Made by a program: the position numbers and the translations under genes. The notes under the pieces are model-generated. The model was given only the letters and a program-made list of their open reading frames with translations. It made no database searches and was not told the DNA's origin. From Treponema sp. (GTDB lineage Bacteria; Spirochaetota; Spirochaetia; Treponematales; Breznakiellaceae), in assembly GCA_031265845.1 (NCBI GenBank), contig JAISCC010000016.1:2763-66762 (forward strand): a stretch of 64,000 bases of DNA, written 5' to 3'. Below, piece by piece: positions 49,987 through 60,359 of the stretch (the stretch's first letter is position 1; each line of letters opens with the position of its first letter).

Positions 49987-50268
49987 TCAATAAAATTTGA
50001 TAAAAAATTCTTTATACGCGCCGGTAGGGTTTTGGGGACTCGCAGCGACGCCGTCAACTCTGGCGTATGGAGGGCCGCAACGCAACCATTTCAAAAATGC
50101 GGACTGCTTTTTTTCGTCCCCTTCGGACCAGACTTCGACGCCGTCATCACCGGTGTTTCTAACCCAGCCCGATAATCCAAGCGTACGCGCCGCGTCTTGA
50201 CATGCGTATCGAAAGCCAACACCCTGCACCCGTCCGGTAATACGCGCAAAAAAAGCGGTTTCAGCCAT
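49987..50268 (-). CDS. acyP: Acylphosphatase
   Basis: ARITGRVQGVGFRYACQDAARTLGLSGWVRNTGDDGVEVWSEGDE. Start moved to MAETAFF (50268). Confidence 0.8.
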   Translation of the reverse strand: MAETAFFARITGRVQGVGFRYACQDAARTLGLSGWVRNTGDDGVEVWSEGDEKKQSAFLKWLRCGPPYARVDGVAASPQNPTGAYKEFFIKFY

Positions 50269-50977
50269 GCTCTTCCTCTTCAAGGGTCTGAACAACCTCT
50301 GCGGAAAACCCTTCATATTTTAGCCTTTGCCGTCTTGTCCGAGAGGATTCAGAGTCAATCAAATTCTTTGCGGCGAACTTTTTCACTAACGCAAGCTCCG
50401 TTTCAACATCAAGCGCGGCTTTCAGGACTTTTTTGGCTGTACCACATGGGATTCCTTTAGCGCAAAGTTTTGCCAGCAACTTGTTGGGGCTGTCGGATTT
50501 TAGGGAAAGTCGTGATTGCACCCACAGTCCCGCATACCGTTCATCGTTGACCGCTTCTATGCTTGAAAGATAATCAACAACCGCTTTGACGCAAGAAGAT
50601 GTGTGTCCACGCGCTTTCAATTTATATTCAAGACCCAAACACGTTTGCTCGGCGTTGGCAATGAGGGAAAGGGCGGCGCGTTCAGTCCGCAAGCAGGCGC
50701 ACGCAAACCGCAATTCTGCGTCTTTGTCTTCGGATATTTCAAACGGCGTTGAGGCCAACGAAATCGAATGCAACGCCACACAGGATATAAAATCTTCTTT
50801 CAAGTAGGCGGTTTTTATAGAGAAAAGCCTGCCGTCCGATAAAGCGATACGGTAGACTTTTGGAGCGTTTTCCGCTTTTATTGAAGTAATTTCCACCCTC
50901 ATCGCGTCCATAAGACGAATGAAGCGCCACACGCATATAGTGCCCGCTTGCAACGCCCGCCGCAGGCGGCGCAACAA
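50261..50977 (-). CDS. recX: RecX family regulatory protein
   Basis: Helical repeat pattern LEYKLKARGHTSSCVKAVVDYLSSIEAVNDERYAGLWVQSRL...LLAKLCAKGIP. True start uncertain. Confidence 0.6.
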   Translation of the reverse strand: MLRRLRRALQAGTICVWRFIRLMDAMRVEITSIKAENAPKVYRIALSDGRLFSIKTAYLKEDFISCVALHSISLASTPFEISEDKDAELRFACACLRTERAALSLIANAEQTCLGLEYKLKARGHTSSCVKAVVDYLSSIEAVNDERYAGLWVQSRLSLKSDSPNKLLAKLCAKGIPCGTAKKVLKAALDVETELALVKKFAAKNLIDSESSRTRRQRLKYEGFSAEVVQTLEEEEHG

Positions 50978-51010
50978 GGCGCAAAGCGAACGCAGAGCGG
51001 CGGCAAAAGG

Positions 51011-51403
51011 TTAACGCTTGGAAAACTGAAATCTACGCCGCGCGCCGCGCTGACCGTATTTTTTGCGTTCAACCATACGAGAATCACGGGTCAAGTACCC
51101 GTTGGCGCGGAGGCTGGCGTAATTCGCCTGATCGATCTGACACAATGCGCGGGCAAGCCCATGCCTGCATGCGCCCGCCTGTCCGTGGATACCGCCCCCG
51201 TACACATTGATGAGAATGTCAAATTTGTTCTCGTTGGCGGTTGCCATAAGGGGTTGACGCACCATTATCGCGTGTTCTCCCTGTTGAAAATACTGGACAA
51301 GCTCTTTGCCGTTTATCGTGATTCCACCGTTGCCGTCTTTTATGTAGACACGCGCAACTGAAGTCTTCCTTCTGCCGGTTCCAATACCAAGATTTTTCAT
51401 CAA
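51011..51403 (-). CDS. rpsI: 30S ribosomal protein S9
   Basis: GTGRRKTSVARV...GGGIHGQAGA...DSRMVERKKYGQRGARRRFQFSKR. Confidence 0.95.
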   Translation of the reverse strand: MMKNLGIGTGRRKTSVARVYIKDGNGGITINGKELVQYFQQGEHAIMVRQPLMATANENKFDILINVYGGGIHGQAGACRHGLARALCQIDQANYASLRANGYLTRDSRMVERKKYGQRGARRRFQFSKR

Positions 51404-51411
51404 TCCACCTC

Positions 51412-51840
51412 TTATAATTCGATCTTTTCGGGACTTTGGGCCGCATGAGGGTGATCCGGACCCGCGTAGACCTTTACGTTGCTCAACAACTTGCGACCAA
51501 GGGGTCCTTTTGGCAACATGCCCTTTACCGCCAACTCAAGGGGGCTTGTCGGGTGCTTGCTGATGAGTCGTTCAAAGGTTTCAGACTTAAGACCGCCCAC
51601 ATACCCGGTGTGCCGGTAATATATCTTGTTCTGAGCCTTGCGTCCGGTAACCGCTACTTTATCCGCGTTTACAATCACCACAAAGTCGCCGCATTCTTGA
51701 TGGGGCGCGAATATTGGTTTTTCCTTGCCCCGTACAATAGCCGCCGCTTTTACGGCGACTCTGCCGAGAGACTTGCCTTCGGCGTCAATAACAAACCATT
51801 TCCGCTCAATTTGAGCCGGTTTTACAAATAGCGTTTTCAT
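51412..51840 (-). CDS. rplM: 50S ribosomal protein L13
   Basis: RKWFVIDAEGKSLGRVA...KPIFAPH...GDFVVIVNADKV.. TG.K...KIYYRHTGY. Confidence 0.95.
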   Translation of the reverse strand: MKTLFVKPAQIERKWFVIDAEGKSLGRVAVKAAAIVRGKEKPIFAPHQECGDFVVIVNADKVAVTGRKAQNKIYYRHTGYVGGLKSETFERLISKHPTSPLELAVKGMLPKGPLGRKLLSNVKVYAGPDHPHAAQSPEKIEL

Positions 51841-52040
51841 ACCATAACCTTTTAGTTAAAATCAAAAATAGACATACAGTTTACGATACCGCCGCACTTT
51901 TTGTCAAGAGGCATATTGAGACGTATAGTTCAACCGTATTCCCGCTCGTTTTTGGTTCATTCGCACATAAAAACACTCGTATAGAGAGCGCTATGCGGAA
52001 GCGGCGCGAACCAAAGGATCGGGCTTCTGATCCCATCATT

Positions 52041-52535
52041 TCACCTTTTTTTCACGGCTTTCACTTTTTTCTTGGCGCCGCCCTTTGTTCTGTCAAAAGA
52101 ACCGGTTTTACCGTCATCCCACGGCGCGCCGGATTTTTTTTCTTCTCCTTTGAATTTTCTCACAACAAGGCGTTTCTTGGGAAAAGACGCGCCGACATCG
52201 CCGCCATAATTGCCGCCGCCGCTATAGTTGTCGCTGCGGGCGTCCCCTCGGCTGTTGCCACGTACAGCGCTATATACCGCGCCACGCGCCACGCGCTTTT
52301 TTTCACGGTCGGCTTTATCCATAACTTTCAGGGCTTCTTCAAAGCCGCCCAAAAACTGCGTAAGATCATCGGCGAAAAGCACCACAGACTGCCGTTCAAA
52401 GCCGCCTTCGTCTTTGTTTTTGCTCTCGACAATGTTAAGGTAAATGTCGCCCAGCCTATTCTCTTTTACATTGAAAAAATACGTCCTGTTCTGCAACTGG
52501 ACCCGCGTTGAAAAAATCTCACCTCGTAAACCCAT
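52041..52535 (-). CDS. PUR-alpha-like nucleic-acid-binding protein (DUF3276, Bpur-like)
   Basis: IFSTRVQLQNRTYFFNVKENRLGDIYLNIVESK...RQSVVLFADDLTQFLGGFEEAL, basic Gly/Lys-rich tail. Start set at MGLRGE (52535), preceded by GAGGAG. Confidence 0.65.
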   Translation of the reverse strand: MGLRGEIFSTRVQLQNRTYFFNVKENRLGDIYLNIVESKNKDEGGFERQSVVLFADDLTQFLGGFEEALKVMDKADREKKRVARGAVYSAVRGNSRGDARSDNYSGGGNYGGDVGASFPKKRLVVRKFKGEEKKSGAPWDDGKTGSFDRTKGGAKKKVKAVKKR

Positions 52536-52572
52536 ACATTCTCCTCGCGCATCCCACCCGGAACGCGCATAC

Positions 52573-54441
52573 CTATTCATTGTCGGCTTCAATAACCATT
52601 GCCCGTTGCCACGCGATCAATTCCCGCTCAAGGTCGAAACATTCAGCGTCAGCCATGATCCGAAACACAGGTTCGGTGCCGGAACCACGCATCCACAGTG
52701 AAGCGATGCGAGCGTCCTGATCGCCAACAAAGATTATCTTCAATCCACCACGTCCGGCTTCGCCGAAATTCTTGATGTCAAGCCTTTCTTCTATGCCATT
52801 ATAACACGCCGCGTCCCACGCGACAATGCCGTATTGTTTGTATAGATGTTTTTTCTTTTTTTCCCAATCACGCGCAAATATCTTCTGGTACCGTTCTTTT
52901 AAAGCGGTGTGATCCGCAGACTTCACTTTGAGCAACGCGTCCTGAGTATAACCGCCGGTGCTGACAAAGGGCGGAAGAGTCTTGATAATGTCCGCCAAGG
53001 TAAAATCATCTTTATATGGAGCGATATTGCCCGAAAGATCGCGCCAAATTTCAAAAAGCCCCTTTTTATCGCCCGCGCTTCTTATGGCAAGCATTTTGAG
53101 CAAGGCAAACACCGTGTCGATGGGATCGCGCACCGCAGATGGATGCGTAATATTGCCGCCTGCGGAACCTTCCCCCAAAATACGCACCGTATAGCCCAAT
53201 CCGCGCAGTTTCCGCGCAAGGGACACCACATTCGCCTCCCCCACTTCGGCGCGGAATAGTTTCGCGCCGAACGCCTCGGCTATAACATCAATACGCAACG
53301 ACGTGGGATCGTTGACCACAACGGCGACATCATCAAGGAACCTGCCGCTTTCATCACAACGCAACGAACCGGTCCATACAAGATGGGACAATTCCGCGAC
53401 GCAGGCGAGCGCAAAAACTTCCTGCGCCTCAAGAGCGCGGATTTTTTTCAAGGTTTCGTCCCAAATCACGATGTTGCCGCGGTCGCCGTCGCAATCCGGC
53501 ATGTATCCCATGACAAAAGCCGGGTCGTGAGCGCGCTGTTCTTCCAGAAATCGAGCCGCATAGTCAAGCGATTCGCCCTCCGGCACAATACGATGCGCTA
53601 TGGCTCCGGCTTCACCGTTGAAAAAGGCGAATTTCACTCCGAGAGAGAGCAAGAATTCCCTGTCAATGGAAACAGCGCGCGCCGAACCGTTAAAGTCCGC
53701 TATGACGCCGATGGGATGATCCTGTATTGTTCTTTTAATGTCCGCAAACAGCTTCTCCTGTTCCGTCCTGTCCGCGACAGCCGATGTCACTTCCCGCGTA
53801 AAATCACGGTACGCGGACAACGCTTCTTGCTTTACATGCGGCGAATCGCCGTACGCCGCGTCAATCAGAGCCTGATCAGCTCCGTTGATGAGGGACAACG
53901 CCTTTTCTATCCTGCCGGACTCGGAAAGGAAGGAACGGAAGTCCTCAATAAGGAGCTTTGCCTCGGAACCGGCGAGTACGCCGCCGTCTGTCAACCCGAA
54001 TTTAAGTCCGTTGTGTCCGATTGGGTTATGGCTTGCGGAAATATAGACAAACCCCTGCGCTCTGCCTGAAACGCCTTCGCTTCTCGCAAACGCCATTATT
54101 TCAGGAGCGGCTGTAATGCCCGTCCAGCGGACGGTACACCCCCCGGTTGTCAATGAGCGCATCATCACATCGGCAATGCTTTTGCCGGTGGGTCTCGCGT
54201 CCATGCCCACAATCAACGCAGGTTGCGCAACGCAGGTTGTTTTCTTTACATAATCCGCAAAAACCTTGGCGGCGGCGGCAACGATTACGCTATGAGCCGG
54301 TGAAATTTCACTATGGGGATTCTCTTCGTCTCCGTCCGGAGCAAAAATGGCGCGCCACCCCGACGCGGATAAAATCATGGTGGAAAGCGCGGCGTCAATC
54401 GCCGCTTCCCGCAAACCGGGATCGTCTTTTGTCAATTGCAA
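52573..54441 (-). CDS. Phosphoglucomutase / phosphomannomutase family protein
   Basis: Active-site loop ISASHNPIGHNGLKF, metal loop DCDGDR, C-terminal RGSGTEPVFR. Confidence 0.8.
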   Translation of the reverse strand: MQLTKDDPGLREAAIDAALSTMILSASGWRAIFAPDGDEENPHSEISPAHSVIVAAAAKVFADYVKKTTCVAQPALIVGMDARPTGKSIADVMMRSLTTGGCTVRWTGITAAPEIMAFARSEGVSGRAQGFVYISASHNPIGHNGLKFGLTDGGVLAGSEAKLLIEDFRSFLSESGRIEKALSLINGADQALIDAAYGDSPHVKQEALSAYRDFTREVTSAVADRTEQEKLFADIKRTIQDHPIGVIADFNGSARAVSIDREFLLSLGVKFAFFNGEAGAIAHRIVPEGESLDYAARFLEEQRAHDPAFVMGYMPDCDGDRGNIVIWDETLKKIRALEAQEVFALACVAELSHLVWTGSLRCDESGRFLDDVAVVVNDPTSLRIDVIAEAFGAKLFRAEVGEANVVSLARKLRGLGYTVRILGEGSAGGNITHPSAVRDPIDTVFALLKMLAIRSAGDKKGLFEIWRDLSGNIAPYKDDFTLADIIKTLPPFVSTGGYTQDALLKVKSADHTALKERYQKIFARDWEKKKKHLYKQYGIVAWDAACYNGIEERLDIKNFGEAGRGGLKIIFVGDQDARIASLWMRGSGTEPVFRIMADAECFDLERELIAWQRAMVIEADNE

Positions 54442-54648
54442 TTTTAACCTCTAAATATATATCTTTATTGCTTCAGCATCGTCAAACGCTCAAATTAGGG
54501 GATAGTTTAGGAGGTATTGAGACAAATGTCAAGTGTCGTTGTCGCAACCAACAAAGCGGCGGCGCGCGCGCCGCCGCTTTCACTGAAATGCACGGACAAG
54601 CCGCTCCACCCCAAAAGGCGAGGCGGCTCATTAAGATAGAAGCCCCGT

Positions 54649-55992
54649 TTATTTCAACAGCGCCTTTTCTTCTTCCCACTTGTTTTTGAACACTGCGGCT
54701 ACGGCGTCCCAAGTTTTATTTCCAAGAGCGTAATCGTAGAGGGTCGCGCCGAGATCGTCTTTGAACGCCTGACTGGGGAAGCTCGTAAAGTTCCACGAAA
54801 CCGCCGAAAGATTGGGATCGCTCATAAAGCGGAACGCCTCTTTTTCAAGCGGGTTGTCCGGACGCTCGTCAGCGCCGAACGTACTGAACGGCGTGACAAA
54901 ACCGAGTTTTTCAACGGCGGCTTTCTTGCCGTTAGGAGTGTTGAAAAGCCAGTCAAGGAGTTTGAGGGACGCCTCTTGAGACGCCTTTGAAGCCTTGTCG
55001 TTGACGCAGATGAAGTTTTCCGTACCGGTGCACAACCCCTGCGTTTCCTCGCCGCTCACGCCCGTGTAGATCGGCATATATTTGACATCGGAAGCCTGCA
55101 CCACATTGCCGGCTATGCCCGCAATCTGCCCCCATCCCCATGTGCCGTTCTGCACCATAGCCGCCTTGCCGAGCGCAAACTCGGACATGGAATCGTCAAC
55201 GGACTTGGAGCCGATCATCATGGGATCCGTCACCGAATTGTTGATGTACAGATCAAAAATATTGCGGTATTGATCGCCGTACGTCAGATCGATCTTCTCC
55301 AGATCGCCTACGTCCTTGTCGCGGAATTCGTAGTAAATGGGCAGGTTCGCCAGATGGGTCTGCCAGCGCCAGTCCTCGCCGGGTCTGAACGAGGTCGACG
55401 CGAACACGCCGTCAACGCCTAAATCAAGCTTGCGGGCGGTCATGTCTTCCACCACGGCTTTAAGGGTGGCGAAGTTGTTGATCTGCGCGGCGCTGGAAAT
55501 GTTTGTAACCGCGCGGTCAGACAGCGCGAAATACTTGCGGAAGATCGCGTCATTGTAAATGACGCCGTAGGTCTCAACCGCATAGGGAAGCCCGTACACG
55601 CCGCCATCCGCGGCAATAGCCATGCTTTTATCGGAAAGCCACGCGTACAGGTTCGTGTCCTTCAGGTCAGCCGTATAGGTCTTCCAGTTCATGTAACCTA
55701 TTGGCCCATTAATGTTGAACAGCGTCGGCGGATCCGATTTGGTGATCTCAGAGCGCAACGTCTGCTCATAGGTGCCGCCCGCAGCGGTGACGACCTTGGC
55801 TTCAACGCCAGTCTCCGCAGAGAATTGATTGATCACTTCTTTCCATTGAGCGTCAATTTCCGGCTTAAAGTTAAGCAGATAAACCTTCCCCGCCACATCT
55901 TTTTTACTACAGGATCCGAATAGAATCGCTGCCAGCAGCAAGGGCATTAAGGCGGCGAACTGTTTGTTCAGCCTTTTCATATGCTTCAGCAT
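54649..55992 (-). CDS. ABC transporter substrate-binding lipoprotein (family-1, sugar type)
   Basis: Lipobox ILFGSC, typical SBP_bac_1 length and pattern. Start set at MLKHMKRL after GGAGG. No permease or ATPase gene adjacent in this window. Confidence 0.7.
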   Translation of the reverse strand: MLKHMKRLNKQFAALMPLLLAAILFGSCSKKDVAGKVYLLNFKPEIDAQWKEVINQFSAETGVEAKVVTAAGGTYEQTLRSEITKSDPPTLFNINGPIGYMNWKTYTADLKDTNLYAWLSDKSMAIAADGGVYGLPYAVETYGVIYNDAIFRKYFALSDRAVTNISSAAQINNFATLKAVVEDMTARKLDLGVDGVFASTSFRPGEDWRWQTHLANLPIYYEFRDKDVGDLEKIDLTYGDQYRNIFDLYINNSVTDPMMIGSKSVDDSMSEFALGKAAMVQNGTWGWGQIAGIAGNVVQASDVKYMPIYTGVSGEETQGLCTGTENFICVNDKASKASQEASLKLLDWLFNTPNGKKAAVEKLGFVTPFSTFGADERPDNPLEKEAFRFMSDPNLSAVSWNFTSFPSQAFKDDLGATLYDYALGNKTWDAVAAVFKNKWEEEKALLK

Positions 55993-56155
55993 ACATTCCT
56001 CCTCATAAGGATAAAAAAATACATTTGCGCTACACAAATGGCAAATGCTAGATTTGAAACCGCCGCCATTATATGGCTCTTTTGCGGCGGCGTCCACTCC
56101 CAGCGGGGGCGCCGTTCCCGCTGGATGCGTCCCTCATGGGACGCCATGTCAACGC

Positions 56156-57301
56156 TCAAAGGCGGTTAAGAATAGTCCCCCCCCCCCCCCCGGACAAGGT
56201 GAAAGCAACGGTAAATTCATTTTGGGTTGCGGCAAATTTATCGGCGACTTTCTCAAATAAATCGATCAAATCCGGCGCAAAATGCGCTCCTTTTCCCGCT
56301 GTAATGAGTCTCACAGCCTTGTCATGGGTGAGGGCTTTTTTGTAAGGGCGTTTGGATGTAATGGCGTCATACACATCGGCAATGGCCAACAAACGTCCAA
56401 GAAGGGGGATGCTTTCTCCCGAAAGCCCTTGGGGGTAACCGGCGCCATCCCACCGCTCATGGTGAGTTCCGGCGAAAATCTTCGCATACTCAAGAAAATC
56501 ACAGGCTGAGGACTTCGCTTCAATCTTTTCAATAACCCCCACGCCGAGCGTAGTATGCCCCTTCATTATTTCGTACTCTTCTTCATTAAGCGCGTCTTTT
56601 TTTTGCAACACGCTGTCGCTGATGCCTATTTTGCCGATGTCGTGCAGTTGGGAAGAGAGGAGCAGCAGGTCGACATCCCACTTTTGAGTTACACTCTCAT
56701 ACAGTTTCCACTCTATCAAGCCGTCGACCAAAATCTTCAGGTACGCCTGCACCCGCTCATTATGGCCGCCAGTAACGTCGTCCCTACAGTCAACGATGTC
56801 AGCCATAGTTTTCAATACGGCGTTTTGCAGTTCAACCACCGTTTTTGTCTTTTCAGCGACCAGGTTTTGCAGGTTGCCGTTAAACTCCTGCAATTCTTTC
56901 CGTTGCTTTTCAAGAACCTCTTGCTGGGAATTCACCAGAATATGCACCTCAACGCGCTTGCGGAGGATGAACGGCGAGAACGGTTTTGAAATGTAATCAA
57001 TTGCGCCGAGGGTCAGTCCTTTCACTTCGTCTTCAATTTCGCTTTTTCCGGTCAGAAAGATCACCGGGATGTTCAGCGTACCGGGAGCCTTCTTCAACAA
57101 CGTGATGGCTTCATAGCCGTCCATATCGGGCATATCAATATCAAGCAGGATAAGAGCCGGTTTATTGCGTTCAAGCAACTCAAACATTTTTTTTGCTGAC
57201 GGTACGGTAAACACATTGTAAAGCGACATTAAAGCGTTCTTGCCGATCTTGAGATTTGCTATACTGTCATCAACAATCATAATGGTTTTTCTGTCGTCCA
57301 T
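56156..57301 (-). CDS. Response regulator, REC + HD-GYP domain (paralog of 4451-5611)
   Basis: IMIVDDS...LILLDIDMP; HDIGK; HHERWDGAGYPQGL. The C-terminal tail ...SGGGGGTILNRL* is encoded across the G15 tract. Confidence 0.85.
   Translation of the reverse strand: MDDRKTIMIVDDSIANLKIGKNALMSLYNVFTVPSAKKMFELLERNKPALILLDIDMPDMDGYEAITLLKKAPGTLNIPVIFLTGKSEIEDEVKGLTLGAIDYISKPFSPFILRKRVEVHILVNSQQEVLEKQRKELQEFNGNLQNLVAEKTKTVVELQNAVLKTMADIVDCRDDVTGGHNERVQAYLKILVDGLIEWKLYESVTQKWDVDLLLLSSQLHDIGKIGISDSVLQKKDALNEEEYEIMKGHTTLGVGVIEKIEAKSSACDFLEYAKIFAGTHHERWDGAGYPQGLSGESIPLLGRLLAIADVYDAITSKRPYKKALTHDKAVRLITAGKGAHFAPDLIDLFEKVADKFAATQNEFTVAFTLSGGGGGTILNRL
56177..56191. repeat. Homopolymer C15 (G15 on the minus strand)
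   Basis: Counted directly: 56177-56191 are all C. Confidence 0.9.
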
Positions 57302-57643
57302 AGGTTGACCTCAATTTTTGACATGTTTTTTTAATTGCTTGTTGAGCTTTTTCAAAACTCTTGAAAAGACATCTATCATTATACACCTTCATGTAAATTA
57401 GTAAAGTAGTTTGCAATAAAAATCGCAATGCTGACATACATCGCCAACGCCTTCTGAATGACACCGCTCCGCCTTTTAGGACGCTCCTATAAGCCTGCGC
57501 AGCGGGCTGCGATAAGCCTCTTTGCGCAACACGGTTCAAAGCGTTTGCATGGCGCTCCTGTAGGACTGCGCAAGGGGATATAACCGCGCAAAAACGCGGC
57601 GCCCCATTCCCCATTCAGGCGATTTATGCCATAATAAGAAACC

Positions 57644-59269
57644 ATGCGAAAAAAGCAGTTGATCATACTCGGCGCGGGAGTCATGCAAGGCCCCGCAATC
57701 AGAGCCGCGAAAAACATGGGGCTTGAAGCCATTGCGGTGGACGGCGACCCGGACGCTCCCTGCGTCAATGAGGCGGATCGTTTTGAGAGAATCGATCTTA
57801 AAGACAAGGAGGGCGTAGAAGCCCTTGCGCGTTCTTTGCAACCGCACGGCAGGCTTGCGGGCATTATGACCGCAGGCACGGACTTTTCGGCTTCGGTCGC
57901 ATGGGTCGCGGAACGATTGGGGCTTCCCGGGCTGTCTTATGAGACGGCGCTGAACGCATCCGACAAGGAGCGCATGCGCTCCTGTTTTCAACGGGACGGC
58001 GTTCCCTCCCCCGCTTTCACAACGTTGTCCGCCGCGCCGGCCGCCGGCTGGAACGCGCCCTTTCCCTTTCCAGTCGTGGTAAAACCTGTTGACAACATGG
58101 GCGCGCGGGGTTGCCGCCGCGCGGACACGGCTGAAGACCTGCGCAAGGCGATTCGCGACGCCTTCCCCTTCTCCCGTTCAAATAGAATCATAATAGAAGA
58201 ATATATGGAAGGGCCCGAATTCTCCGTTGACGCCATTGTATGTCAGGGAGAAATCACCATAACTGGACTTGCGGATAGACACATCGTGTTCCCGCCCTAT
58301 TTTATCGAAATGGGACACACCATGCCCACGGATATCGATCCGGAAACCGCAGGGAACCTGCTTTCCGTGTTCAAAGCGGGCGTCCGCAGTCTCGGCGTCG
58401 CCAACGGCGCCGCAAAGGGAGACATCAAGCTCACGCCCAAAGGCCCCATGATAGGCGAGATAGCGGCGCGGCTTTCCGGCGGCTACATGTCGGGCTGGAC
58501 ATACCCCTATGCGTCGGGGGTCGAGGTTGTCCGCGCCGCCATAGGAGTCGCCATAGGAGAGAATCCCACGGCTGTCGCCGCATCCCTCACGCCTTCACGG
58601 AATTGGACGGCAGCCGAGCGGGCGTTCATCTCCATACCGGGCGTAGTCCGCTCCGTAGCGGGAGGCGACGCCGCCAAAGCGGTCCCATACGTGCGCGACC
58701 TTTTCCTGCGTGTAAAACCGGGTGACGCGGCGCGGTTTCCGGTAAACAATGTAAGCAAAGCCGGCAATGTCATAGCCGCCGCGCCCACCCGCGCGGAAGC
58801 CGTCCGCGCCGCGGAAACGGCTGTCCGTTCATTGCTCGTACGGTTGGAAACGCCCAACGAGGACACGGCTTCTTTCCTTGAAAACGGCGGGGCGCCAGAC
58901 GCCTTCCCGCCGTCCGCCTACGCAATCTCTCCTGAAATGCAAAATTTGCTCGAAAAACTGCCGGCAGGGATTGAAAAAAACATGGACCGCTCTTATAATA
59001 AGAGCATTCTGGAAAGAAGCGCCGGTCAATCCCTTTCTATTATGCCATTTCCTGAATTTGAAACAGCGGAATATACGGACTGGCTGGGAAGAAACGCGCA
59101 GGCAAGCTTGGAAGCCGTCAGAACGCTTGCCGGTCTTTCTCTTCCGGTGAGAAGGTTGGACAGCGCCTGTTCCGGTATGGCTTTGGGGCGCGGTTTTTGG
59201 AAGGCGCTTATACGAGGGGGCTATCAGGGGGCGGTTTATCTGATAGATTCTTTACTGTCAAGGGGCTGA
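57644..59269 (+). CDS. ATP-grasp domain protein with C-terminal extension
   Basis: LIILGAGVMQGPAI; VVKPVDNMGARG; IIIEEYMEGPEFSVDAI; MGHTMP pattern. Confidence 0.7.
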   Translation: MRKKQLIILGAGVMQGPAIRAAKNMGLEAIAVDGDPDAPCVNEADRFERIDLKDKEGVEALARSLQPHGRLAGIMTAGTDFSASVAWVAERLGLPGLSYETALNASDKERMRSCFQRDGVPSPAFTTLSAAPAAGWNAPFPFPVVVKPVDNMGARGCRRADTAEDLRKAIRDAFPFSRSNRIIIEEYMEGPEFSVDAIVCQGEITITGLADRHIVFPPYFIEMGHTMPTDIDPETAGNLLSVFKAGVRSLGVANGAAKGDIKLTPKGPMIGEIAARLSGGYMSGWTYPYASGVEVVRAAIGVAIGENPTAVAASLTPSRNWTAAERAFISIPGVVRSVAGGDAAKAVPYVRDLFLRVKPGDAARFPVNNVSKAGNVIAAAPTRAEAVRAAETAVRSLLVRLETPNEDTASFLENGGAPDAFPPSAYAISPEMQNLLEKLPAGIEKNMDRSYNKSILERSAGQSLSIMPFPEFETAEYTDWLGRNAQASLEAVRTLAGLSLPVRRLDSACSGMALGRGFWKALIRGGYQGAVYLIDSLLSRG

Positions 59270-59270
59270 T

Positions 59271-60359
59271 ATGGCAAAAGGGGCGAACCCTATACTAAAA
59301 CATCGCTTTTTTCTCTGGCTCCTCCTCGCCGCGCCGCTTGTCGCAGTCCAGCCGCAGGATAAAACGTTTTCTTTACAAGACGCCCTCGCCATACTGCCCG
59401 AATTTCAATGGGACCCTTTTCTGCAAACCGGAACTTTTTACAGTTCAGGACATTACGCCAGTTTTCAGGCGGGGCTTAAAGGAGAACGCTGTTTTTCGCT
59501 GATTGACGGGTATGAGGTCATCAGCGCGCCTTCGCCTTATCTGGAAAACGGAGCGCTCCGCTTTCCAGAAAGTTTCATCATATCGCTCAAGAACGCCATT
59601 GACGCCGAGATCAAAAATGACTTGAAGCCGTTCAAAGTGGCGGCAATCATCCTTGATCCCGGTCATGGAGGCAAAGATTCCGGAGCCACAGCCGTACAGA
59701 CCATCAATGGGAAGAAAGTTTCCTTGAAGGAAAAAGACATTACGCTTGCCATAGCGCTCAATCTGCGGGACAGGCTTGTCAAACGTTATCCCGGCAAAAA
59801 GATACTTATGACGCGCGCCACCGACGTTACGTTGGCGCTAGAAGCCAGGGCGTCTTTTGCGAATGGGATAAAGCTCGAAGAAAATGAAGCCATCATCTTT
59901 GTCTCTATTCATTGCAATTCGGAAATAAACGCCAATCTCAAGAAGAATCCGGCGCGTGGATACGAAATATGGTACCTTCCCCCCAAGGTGCGGAGAGAAA
60001 TCATTGAAAAAGACAACTTTAACGGGAGCGAGGGAGTCAGAAGCATTCTCAACACCTTAAAAGAAGAGGAATTCACCTACGAAAGCAAGTTGCTCGCCGC
60101 ATCCCTTCTCGCGCGGTTCGATGAATTCATCGCGCCGGCAAGTCCTTCGCGCGGTATAAAAGAAGAGCAGTGGTACGTGGTGAAAAGAACGAACATGCCT
60201 TCGGTTCTGATAGAACTCGGCTTTATAAGCAACCCCTCAGACGCGGCGTTGCTGTTCGAGAAGCAATCCCTGGAGAAATACACCAAAACCCTTTTCGAGG
60301 GTTTGGTTGACTTTGTAACGCTTTACGAAAAACCGGGAGGTTTTAGCATCATAGAATGA
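59271..60359 (+). CDS. N-acetylmuramoyl-L-alanine amidase (Amidase_3 / AmiC type)
   Basis: IILDPGHGGKDSGA, SIHCNS, LIELGFISN motifs. N-terminal signal/anchor. Confidence 0.8.
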   Translation: MAKGANPILKHRFFLWLLLAAPLVAVQPQDKTFSLQDALAILPEFQWDPFLQTGTFYSSGHYASFQAGLKGERCFSLIDGYEVISAPSPYLENGALRFPESFIISLKNAIDAEIKNDLKPFKVAAIILDPGHGGKDSGATAVQTINGKKVSLKEKDITLAIALNLRDRLVKRYPGKKILMTRATDVTLALEARASFANGIKLEENEAIIFVSIHCNSEINANLKKNPARGYEIWYLPPKVRREIIEKDNFNGSEGVRSILNTLKEEEFTYESKLLAASLLARFDEFIAPASPSRGIKEEQWYVVKRTNMPSVLIELGFISNPSDAALLFEKQSLEKYTKTLFEGLVDFVTLYEKPGGFSIIE

